This document shows, one piece after another, positions 40,000 to 50,037 of a stretch of 64,000 bases of DNA. The notes below the pieces were generated by a model that worked only from the letters and a program-made list of their open reading frames with translations, was not told the DNA's origin and did not search any database. The position numbers and the translations under genes were made by a program. How positions within the stretch are numbered: position 1 is the stretch's first letter; each line of letters starts with the position of its first letter. Source of the DNA: Marsupella aquatica (lineage: Eukaryota; Plantae; Marchantiophyta); NCBI GenBank assembly GCA_973895155.1, contig OZ316893.1, positions 23,396,015 through 23,460,014 on the forward strand, read 5' to 3'.

Positions 40000-41603
40000 A
40001 TGGCGTCCGCTGTGTGCGCTTCGTCTAGCATCGCGTCGATCGCCCCATCGACCAGGTACCACTGCTACTCCCGTCTGCTCTGTTCGGTGATTTTAGAGAA
40101 TTTTGTGGATCGAGTTGTAAATTCCTTCTCGGTCCGGTGCAGCATTTTGCTGAATCGAGTTGGTGTTGTGAGGATATACGTTTAGGGATGGCCGAGGTGA
40201 ATTTCGCCGAGGTTTTGGAGATGGGAACACAAACGAGAGCTGTCTCTAATTTGCACCTCTTCCTGAATGGGGCAGTCGAGTGTGTGAACGAATGGAAGTT
40301 TTTTGTTCTGCTTCTGGATTGAGAGGCTGTTTTGGTTTCTCTTTTCTATCTCGTTGTCTCTGGATTGTGCTGAATGAGTTGTGGGCGTCATGCTTTCGGT
40401 AGAAGAATTGGGGGAGCACTGTCTTGAGGAAAATGAGAAGTCGACAGGCCTTATTGGCCCTGTCTAACTCTTCGTGTCCCTAATTCCCAGAGTCCAGAAG
40501 TCCGTCAGCTCTGGAGCAGCAGTGAAGGCTTCGTTCTTCGGGAAGGCTCTTCGCAAGACCGGAGTTGTTGCCGCCGTCGCCAAGAGTGCTTCCTCATCAG
40601 TGAGAGCAGAGGAGAGGCCCATCTGGTTCCCCGGCAGCACTCCCCCCTCGTATCTCGATGGCACCCTCCCAGCTGACTTCGGCTTCGACCCCCTTGGTCT
40701 AGGTACGATTCGTGGCCCACCTCGTGCTTGATCGGCGCTCGAATGGTCTTGTAGAAATCTCTTATTTCACTCAAGTGGGTACTTCTCGTGCGACTGTCCT
40801 GTCGTCCTATCTGGTCTCCTTCTGGGAGAGCCGGTCGGGGGCAGTAACGGAAGTTTCCCGGATCTCAAGTGCATTTAGGTGGTCCCTGCTTGCTACAGCA
40901 CACCCAACCTTTCCTCTCTCCACTTGCATTGAAATGTATAGTCGGTGGCTTGTCACAGGATCTGAGCCCGAGCTCCTGAAGTGGTTCGTGCAAGCCGAAA
41001 TCGTCCACAGCAGGTGGGCCATGCTCGGAGCCGCCGGAATCTTCATCCCAGAGCTGCTGACGAAGATCGGAATTTTGAATACTCCTTCGTGGTACACTGC
41101 TCCTCTGGAAGGCTCATACATCGCCGACCCCTTGACCCTCTTCGTGGTGGAGTTGTTGTTCATGGGATGGGCTGAGGGCAGGAGATGGGCTGATATCATT
41201 AAGCCGGGATCCGTGAACACCGACCCAGTATTCCCCAACAACAAGCTTACAGGTACAGACGTAGGATACCCCGGTGGATTCTGGTTCGATCCCTTGGGAT
41301 GGGGAGCAGGTGGCGGAGACAAGATCAAGGAATTGAGGACCAAAGAAATCAAGAATGGAAGACTCGCTATGCTTGCGGTCGTTGGTGCTTGGTTCCAAGC
41401 TGTGTACACCGGAACCGGCCCCATCGACAATTTGTTCGCCCATCTTGCAGACCCTGGCCATGCCACCATTTTCGCTGTGAGTATTATTTTGATCATTTCC
41501 TACTCGAGCACTAGTGTTTTGCCGGAGGCAGCAGAATTCGCTAGTATAGGAGTTCCGGCAGCAGCTGACTGTCGTGGCGTTTGTGCAGGCTATCAACAAG
41601 TAA
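40000..41603 (+). CDS. LHCA2: Photosystem I chlorophyll a/b-binding protein Lhca2; exons 40000-40055, 40491-40702, 40959-41476, 41589-41603; 266 aa
   Basis: Ala/Ser-rich transit peptide, then [104 protein letters not shown] and [17 protein letters not shown], which are Lhca2-specific. Introns are GT-AG and phase-consistent. Confidence 0.95.
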
Positions 41604-42536
41604 GCTGCGCTCGTTTGGTGTTCGCCAGGCTCCAATTGTACGATGAAATTAGAAGTTTTCAGAGCAGGATTAAGCTACATTTTTCCTCCAAATCTTGTAT
41701 AGTCCCGATGTATCATCATGAACTTATGTCCGCTCAGTTGACTGAGATCGCCTGTCAAGTCTCTGTATTTGCTATGAAATATGAAGGATTGAGCACTGAA
41801 TTTGTCGACATATTTTATTCAACAGAAAATATTTGATTCTACCAGTCATTCAACGGTTTGCCAGCATCCTACTCGAGCACAGACGCGCTTCGGTTCTCGG
41901 TTGCTTGCAGAGATGCTCCTGTTTCGTTTTTGATGCTTTCGTCTGCATGATGAATGATGGCCTTGCGTATATTTTTCTCATTCGGGGCGCATTGTTAAGC
42001 CGAATTGGTTCTCTCGAGTTATTACTTCCACTCAACGGATTACCTGACAAACATAGATGTTCTTTGGAACAGAGAATCGTTGCCTCCTCATGGATAACTT
42101 CTCCTACCGTTGCGTTCAACGACCGTATCTAGATTAGGATTTTGCGGATTTCTGCAGCAATTTTGCAGCTGGTGAGTATTGCTTTCTTCCTCTCATCTGC
42201 GACCGAAACATGACCCGAACGAAGTGGATCATGTTGTAAGTACAAGTTCAAACATAGCAAGATCCATGAAAGGAATACGAATAATGGATATGAATTGAAA
42301 ACAGCAACATATTCCCCATCAAGACTTGGCAAATGACGCCTGTTTTAGACTTCCGATGAATTAAACAAATGAAACGATATGAGCTGTACGTACAGAATTC
42401 TGCTTTGGCCCAGCCATCAAAGTATGACTCTAAACATCTATGACTCCAAACATCTGGCAAGCAGGATGAAAGAAGAGTAATATTGTTGGGAGAGCATTGT
42501 TTGCGTGTGACCCATTGGCAGTGAAGCACTCATGAA

Positions 42537-42697
42537 ATGAAACAACACTCAGGTGGTAATGACGTGAACGTAATGGAGGAGCCTTACAGTCGACCAATGA
42601 AACAACACTCAGGTGGTAACTATCTAAACTTAATGGAGGAGCCTTACGGTAGACCAATGGAGGAGCCAGACAGTAGACCAATGGAGGAGCCTTACAG
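42537..42697. repeat. Nested tandem repeats (2 x 60 bp followed by ~24-bp subunits)
   Basis: atgaaacaacactcaggtggtaa... occurs twice and aatggaggagcc occurs four times. Confidence 0.85.
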
Positions 42698-43319
42698 CCT
42701 TCCATCTCAAACAGGTCGAATTCTGTATAGAATAATCGGGTTCTTGAGATACAGTTTTTATCTTAGAAGTAAAACTGCACAACTATTCCTTTTTTCGAAA
42801 CCAGGATGAAAACTTTCCAAACGGGATTTTGTTAGACAAGATCCTACCACCTAACGACAGGAGCAGCGATGCAGGAAAACATGCAATGGAGCTCTGGAAA
42901 ATCTTGTGAATTTCACTGCTGGCTCACCATCAAAGTCCTCTCACAGTATGTAGGGCCAACATGCTAATAGCCCGGTAGATCACCACAACAGGTCAAAACA
43001 CTAAAACATATGCATCGCGAGTTCTGCCGGATACATGTAACATCGCGTATCTTTTCTGCTGATCTCCATCTGCCCGGAATTCACAGAACGGGCAGCATTT
43101 CTAGACTTAAGGTTTTCGTTTATGATCTAAATATCCCTCTCAAATCTAAAGTGTCGAATGAAGAGTTTCTGAGTCATGCGTTTTTCCACAAACGAATTGC
43201 AGATACGTAACTTTTGACATCCTGAATAGCCCTCTGGCAGTAATTTTCCCAATCAATTGCCATCCTTCAGCACAATCGGTGAGAACACGTCGAGTTTTGC
43301 CTACAACTCTTGATCATAA

Positions 43320-43740
43320 GTCATCTCTACGCAAGGAAGGTCATCGTTAGTTGCCGTACGACAGTCCTTGGAGTCCATGTCATCATAAAGAACGCAGGAA
43401 TTAGTCGAGTCTTCCATGTCGCTCTGTTGAATCTTGGGCAACACGAAGCCCCTGATCAGATGTAATCCCTACCCATGGAATTGATTAGAGCCGAAATGTG
43501 ACACTCCTTGGTGTCCATCATCGCATCAAGAGACCGCAGACGATCTTCCTAGTCAGCTCTTCGATCTCGCTCTGCTGAATCTCGGAACCCTAAATACGTG
43601 ACACTGCATGAGCAATTAGTGCCGGATGACACTCCTCGATGTCCATCATCTCATCGAAGAGGCCGCAGAAAATCTTCCTAGTCAAGTCTTCGATCTCGCT
43701 CTGTTGAATCTTGGAATCCGAAACCTGTGACACTGCGCGA
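43320..43740 (-). repeat. Three diverged tandem copies of the cyclin terminal-exon segment
   Basis: Minus strand (a/g)agattca(a/g)cagagcga(g/c)at(c/g)gaaga...atggac....aggagtgtc/actgtc recurs three times. Copies 1 and 2 are 129 bp apart and both carry a gcag|tgtcac acceptor. Confidence 0.85.
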
Positions 43741-46700
43741 GCTCACAAAGATTTATTTGAATTATCAGCCGAGATGGCTACCAGCCGAGGATGTTAATCA
43801 CAGTTACGGCTCGTAAAGGTCAGTAATTCATATATATCCGGAAGAATCTCACATGTAACAAACGGAGAGGCATTCCGAAATCTAGATGTCTATTCTACAG
43901 AAGACCACGAAAGTATGACCGCCTCACTTACACCAGGAAAGCAATGGAAAATTGCACTTCTCGATTGGCACACTGAGAACGTAGGCCACAGCCTGCGCGC
44001 ATAGAAACCAAGCACAGCATAACACTTTTAGCGTGACCAGGAACTGATCTTGATATTATATTGTTAAATCAACCGCTGTGTAGAATGTTTGATCTGGCAG
44101 GGAATTTGTCTGTATTCCATTCATTCGAGTTGACTTGTGTACCCAAAGTTTCCGAACGATGACGAGATTTGGAAATTAACGTAAAACAGAGGTTCTATCA
44201 TAATCAATGCTTCGAAAAGTAAGCATTCCAGCCCCATCAATCGCAGAAATCACTTTTTCAGCTTGACTACAATGGTACTATACTGTTGGGAAGTAGGCAG
44301 ACGTTTGTGTAGATTTTCTACTAGCACAGGCATATACCAATATTGCCGAAGATAGTTCATCAATGGAAATATCTATCAGATTTAGTTCTTTGGGATCAAA
44401 ATCGTATAGGAGGTCGATGATGGACACGCACGTTTGAAGCTTCACGAGCTTGCCAACTCTGGCTATATTTCTGCCAAATCAATAAAACCAGGCACGTTGA
44501 TCAACACGACGAAGTCAGCATGGCTACGCCTATCGAAATATGAATATGACACACACGATCGTTTATGAGCTAAAATAATCTACATCAATAACGAGTTTTC
44601 AGATCTACTCTGAGCGTTAGCACTTCGGTCGAGATTTCAACAAGTAATCAGAGAGGCTTAAAAACAACGATGACTGGACAGCGGCATCGACGAGCATTCA
44701 CGATATCTGGCAGGAATTGAATATGAAGAACATTGTAGAAGTAGATCAGGGTGTGCTTGTTTAATACGTGAAATGTGGAGGGCCCAATGACTTAGTATAG
44801 AATTTACCTAAACTTGACAAGAAGGTCATCCATAGCATAAAATATCAGAGGGCCGCTTCTCAAGTCAAATTTGATTCCCTGCGACCACGCGACTCGTACA
44901 GAGTCAATTGGCATAATTGCCGGTTGATAGTTAAGCATTATACCGTTAGAATTCACATGCTGCATCATACTTCAGTATCTATCAATGCTTCATGTTCTTT
45001 ACTTCACCTTACGGCTATACTTGCGGCTTAGGCTTCTCTTTGCAAATGAGGCTAATCAGCATCATTCTGCAGGATCGACTTATTTGTGACACTTGGCCGA
45101 CTCAATTACTCAGGGGACTGTACGAAACCCAGGTTGAGTGTGAGTAATCAGAAATCAGGGAAGCACCTTCATCAAAATGATTTCCTGAGTCGCAGAAGCA
45201 ACCCCGAGTTCCCGTCGGTATCACATTGAGACACATGAGATGTTATTCATTTACTCGACGTGTATGTACATCCTTACGGACGAAGTTAGGTCGACACGGA
45301 ATTTCACTTCTACCCAGTCAAGTTAGTCCAAGCTACTATTACAAATAATATCATTCCTGGTTATTACTTCTGTCATTCATAGAAATTCAGAAGAACGGCC
45401 TCGATCTAAGCTGGAAGATTACGGACTGTTTTGTAAACGTGGTCAATTTTCTAACGTCTTAATTTCACCATGAAAGGCTATTGAATGTAGACATTCTTCA
45501 GTAGCCAGATTTAATTTTGAATATTGAGTGATAATAACTACAACCTACAGTAGCTACTAAATATTTACTAGTGAAACTTGTGAATGAACGATACTGTCCT
45601 GCATGTTCTGAATAATAGCGTGACAGGTTATTTTTCGGTCAACTACTAGAACATGGACAGTATCTTTGCCAAGTTTGACTAGTTAATATTCCGAAGCTAC
45701 GAGGAGAATGCCGGCTAGAGCCTTCAAGATATTTACTCACGCACAATACCTTTCAATATTTTTCCAAATAGACATTGCTTTCGGAGCTTGAAATAGATGT
45801 TGAGATATATGTTGAATATTGAGTGATAATAACTACAACCTACAGTAGCTACTAAATATTTACTAGTGAAACTTGTGAATGAACGATACTGTCCTGCATG
45901 TTCTGAATAATAGCGTGACAGGTTATTTTTCGGTCAACTACTAGAACATGGACAGTATCTTTGCCAAGTTTGACTAGTTAATATTCCGAAGCTACGAGGA
46001 GAATGCCGGCTAGAGCCTTCAAGATATTTACTCACGCACAATACCTTTCAATATTTTTCCAAATAGACATTGCTTTCGGAGCTTGAAATAGATGTTGAGA
46101 TATATAGCTTACTGCTTCGATGAAATCGTTCTTTGTGAAATGCTGGTCGGTAATATGAGAACTAGCAAGCTCCCTCAACTGTTCCACGGACACTGCTCTT
46201 GTCTCATGGATCTGTACAAGATTAAGCAGCAGAAACAGTACTATTAAATCCTCGAAAGTTAGAAGAGCTACTTCTTTAGTTAGGAAGATAACATGGTCAA
46301 GGATGCAGGACGGTGAGGATTGAAATGTCTAGGCAGCCACATTCCTTTTCAGAGGAACACGGCAATGAGCAACGAATCTGTACAATTAACTGACCTACTC
46401 ACAGATTCTTCATGTACGAACCTTGCTTGCAATCCAGAAGCAGACGAGGGCAAGCATCTGCAGATTGCATGCTTGTAAGGGATAGAGATTGAGCTTATCC
46501 CTGCGTAATGCTTCTTTGCACTCAGCTTCACTAAGACTGCCAAAATTATGAGTAGTTAGAAAATCCTCCAGGCAACAAGGCTGCCTTCCAGAAGCGTGAG
46601 ACTTCCTTTGTCATTAAAAGAGTCACGAGTTACCTTTCCATTTGTGGCAGAAATCTACTCTCGAAGAAACACAGAGAACAATATTTGGTCGTAGGCGGTG

Positions 46701-47031
46701 CGTTACATATCTGCGAAGGGAATTCGAAGAAGTACAGCATTCGCCAAAAAATCATTATTTCATATCAGTGCAGAAATGAATGTGAACGAAGTTGATCTAG
46801 GTGGAAAAAGAGAAACGTAGATTTCCACATCGAATCAATTGACTGCAACATGTTCATACACTTGTAAATCAACGCTGAAGAGACTTGATTCCACCATGAA
46901 AACGCTGCGGAGCGTTACATTCTGCTGCAACGGACAGCAAAACACAGGCTGAAAGATTGGAATAGTACTTTTGTGATGTACAGAAGAAATGCAACTGAGT
47001 TCCGCCGCAGGGATGAAGCCAAGTACACCAT
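43590..47031 (-). CDS. CYCJ18: Cyclin-J18-like protein; exons 47031-46969, 46710-46634, 46536-46422, 46211-46113, 45184-45167, 44878-44808, 44470-44338, 43992-43932, 43732-43590; 259 aa
   Basis: Manual minus-strand assembly gives MVYLASSLRRNSVAFLLYITK|ICNAPPTTKYCSLCFFESRFLPQMES|LSEAECKEALRRDKLNLYPLQACNLQMLALVCFWIASK|IHETRAVSVEQLRELASSHITDQHFTKNDFIEA|EIILMK|GIKFDLRSGPLIFYAMDDLLVKFR|NIARVGKLVKLQTCVSIIDLLYD...SSAIL|AVAYVLSVPIEKCNFPLLSWL|SQVSDSKIQQSEIEDLTRKIF...RI*. Eight GT-AG introns are all phase-consistent. The cyclin-box helix (LQ.LAL.C.WIASK) and the QHFT..DF.EAE, AKVG/ARVG, DLLY and FP.L.W motifs match plant CYCJ18 as I recall it. Confidence 0.88.
45517..46105. repeat. Apparently perfect tandem duplication, period 295 bp, in cyclin intron 4
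   Basis: 45517-45810 and 45812-46105 read identical by eye (ttgaatattgagtgataataac...gatgttgagatatat). Confidence 0.92.
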
Positions 47032-47221
47032 TCTGCTGTTGCCTGCTTCCACCTCTCCGCCTTTTCGCCTCTCACCACGTTCACGTCCCGATCGCTCAGC
47101 AATCACCCGCGCACATATGATGGTGAATTGGAAATACAGGCCAATTTTGAATCCTCCAACATTATAGACAACTAGACACAAATTACAGTAGTTCGTTCAT
47201 AGTAAAAGGCTCTACGGTCAA

Positions 47222-47294
47222 GCCGCCCTAGCTCAGTTGGTAGAGCGCAAGGCTCTTAACCTTGTGGTCGGGGGTTCGAGCCCCCCGGGCGGCG
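47222..47294 (+). tRNA. tRNA-Lys, anticodon CTT, 73 nt, no intron
   Basis: Cloverleaf GCCGCCC-TA-GCTC AGTTGGTA GAGC-G-CAAGG CT CTT AA CCTTG-TGGTC-GGGGG TTCGAGC CCCCC-GGGCGGC-G with all stems fully paired. A/B boxes intact, CAA immediately upstream, T5 run at 47335-47339. Confidence 0.97.
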
Positions 47295-47379
47295 AAGTGT
47301 CAGTGTGTTGATGTTGGAAGGACATATGCGACTGTTTTTCTTGGTTTTCATGTCATATTTGGTTTTCCGTATCACATTC

Positions 47380-47664
47380 CCTTGATAAGCAGAGAGATGT
47401 AATTTTAATCTTTGACGCCATTTCCCATATTTTCTGGAAGTCACATTGCTTCCAAGCTCTGCTGAATATATAGATGGGAGCTATCTGATTAGTCTAATCT
47501 TAATTGTGGGATGTAGATCAGTCCTTTGATAAGGAGAGAGATGTAATTATCATCTTTCACGCCTTTTCCCATATTTTTTGGAAGTCACATTGCTTCCAAG
47601 CTCTGTTGAATATATAGATGGGAGTTATCTGATTAGTCTAATTTTAATGGTGAGATGTAGATCA
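47380..47664. repeat. Tandem duplication, 2 x ~143 bp, downstream of the tRNA
   Basis: ttgataag(c/g)agagagatgtaatt...ggaagtcacattgcttccaagctctg...gatgtagatca occurs twice with scattered substitutions. Confidence 0.9.
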
Positions 47665-48855
47665 ATTTGTGCATTCTTTTTAACACCAATGTCTAAGATA
47701 GTTTTAATCTATGTTCTTCTTTAAATGTTTATTGATCCCCGGCTCCCCATGCAAACTTAACAATAACTAGCGGGAGTTTACATATAATACTGGGAAAAAA
47801 ATTGATTAGAAAGAATCTGAGGCTGGGAAGACCTCCATGTTGCCTGAGGATGGACAGGCAAAGCTCAGACATACTTGCTCAGAACCTTGAAAGACTCAGA
47901 GAACATTGTTTACACTTTTGACTCAAATATGACCTATAAACAATCTCCTTTTTGTTTGCAACCATTCCCATTGCATTGCCAAACCCGTCTCCTTGGTAAC
48001 TTTACAACTTAATGAACTTTAACCTGCAATTTGTCAAGACATTATGCCATTACTCAGGAACACTGGTTTTCACTTCCCCCAAATGACAATTTCCAGATAG
48101 TCAGTGACATCAAGATTTATAATAGTTGGCCATTTTTGTGTTCATTGGAAATGGAGCAAATGATTTCCATAAAGTATTAAATTTGTCAGCAAATAGGGTG
48201 AAGATCAGGAACCATGTTGGAAAAATTTCAGTTTAAAATTAGATCTTGAAGTCATTAAAATAAATCAACACATCTGCCAAATTTGCAGGACAAATTATAT
48301 TATAGTATACAAGTTCTAATTGCAACACTCCATACGGTGTTGTGGCTGCATGGCAAACGATTCATTTGACATTGCGGTTGTAATCAAACACATTTGGTGA
48401 CACTGTCAGACACTCAACATCTGTAGAACATGTTGTATTTCATAGTGAATTCGCATGTTACAAGGACTGACAATTGTGTTATAAGAACTCATGACACAAA
48501 ATGGTACCGTTGGTGGACCCTAGGTCCATTGGGACAAAACAGGCATCTTTTGATCAGTTGAGAAAAAGGTTGCATTTGGAGGTCCATTAGTCCCAACAAG
48601 TGCACAAAATTGAAATACTAGCATACAACAAGCTCTAAAGCCAGGCATTGGATAGAGTCTCCACTCTATATCAGAAGTTGGCTAAACCTCATCCTGATTC
48701 ACCGACCTTCGCTAGGATGTGTACGTCTAATATTATGTAGAAAGTTTTGTTTACCTAGGAAGATCCTATCGGTCTTTACTGTGACCTGTATCTTGTCCTC
48801 TCCACTGACTTGCCTAGAAGCAGTACGCCCCTAACCCAGCAGGGTTTTGTAGTGT

Positions 48856-49187
48856 GGGACCAGCTAGGGCAGGGTACTAGGATGGCTAGTCATTACAATG
48901 CAAGGAATGCCAGGATAGGAGGTCCACCAGCGTTTTTCCAGTTTGGGACCTAGTAGGGTAGGGTGGCTACTCATAATTACAATCCAAGGTATGCCACTAT
49001 GCCAGGATGAGAGGTCCACCAGTATTTTTCCACTATGGGACCAACTAGGGTAGGGTACTAGGATGGCTCGTCATGACAATGCAAGGTATGCCAGGATGAG
49101 AGGTCCACCAGTGTTTTTTCAGTTTGGGACCACGTAGAGTAGGGTGGCTAATCATGATCAAAAGCAAGGTATGCCAGGATGAGAGGT
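48856..49187. repeat. Tandem array of four ~90-bp units in A-B-A-B order
   Basis: Each unit runs gggacc...agggt...ggct...caagg(a/t)atgcc...ggat(a/g)..aggt. Units 1 and 3 contain agggtactaggatggct; units 2 and 4 contain agggtggcta. Confidence 0.85.
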
Positions 49188-49937
49188 GTCCCACACATCT
49201 ACTTTGCTTCATTAGATCAATATAAACGAGCATGAATGTCTGGCATGAATGTCCGTGGTGTTTTGAATGTTAATAGGAAGGATGACTCATCCATGGGCCC
49301 TATTTTCATGGTCTAGAGGCTTCACTCTCGAGTCTAAACCCCAACTCTAGAGTTAGTTTCTATTTAATTTAATAATACGATACGAGGGTGACAAATTCTC
49401 TTTTGAAGACCTCCTGTCACTTCTAGACCATGACTCTACTCTAATTCAGACAAGTAAAAATGAACCCCAACATCCAGGAATGGTTTTGTGCAATGTATTT
49501 TTTGTACTCATCTGGCTGGCTTTTCCCGTTCCACGGAACAGGTAACGAAGGCTAGTTTTTGTAAAATAGGTAACCAGCTTAAAATATGACCCTAAATTAC
49601 TGACTCCCACTCCCTGGCTGAGCTGTTCTCCTATGGTAACAGGTAACTCTTCGCTAACCTGACGGTCTTACCCATATAAGGGTACATGTAAGGTTGACAA
49701 AAAACAAAAGGCGCCCTTCCTGGATCCCGGAGACACGCTCCCGCAGGCATGAGGCCCAATATAAATGGAAGGACTGACCTGTAAGAACCTCCAGGTCACA
49801 CCTGTAAGTGGCATCCCCCGACATACTTGAGGCCAAAACGAACGGCCAGGATTCTTCCTCACAATTGGACGGCCGTAACCGCCGTAGATACCCGCAAAGA
49901 ATTTACGCGAGTAACTAACTTGACCAGCCGGGTGTAG

Positions 49938-50037
49938 ACGCGTGTGCGCTGTCGTCACTGTCGAGGTCGCTGCTCGCTGGCCGGTGCCACGCGTGAGCGA
50001 AGTGACAACGTGGCATTCCGGCTTCCGTACCACGCGC
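49938..50037 (+). promoter_or_regulatory. Cluster of CGCG boxes and an ABRE in the probable synaptotagmin proximal promoter
   Basis: acgcgt 49938-49943, gccacgcgt 49986-49994, acgtggc 50008-50014 and acgcgc 50032-50037. Followed by a GA-rich leader-like region and a likely 5' UTR intron ending at cgacag 51640. Confidence 0.5.

Noticed and set aside
40712-41836. 374-aa ORF (and 229-aa antisense ORF) as a single-exon extended LHC protein
   Set aside because: The ORF reads through introns 2 and 3 by chance. Canonical splice sites give a normal 266-aa Lhca2 with a transit peptide.
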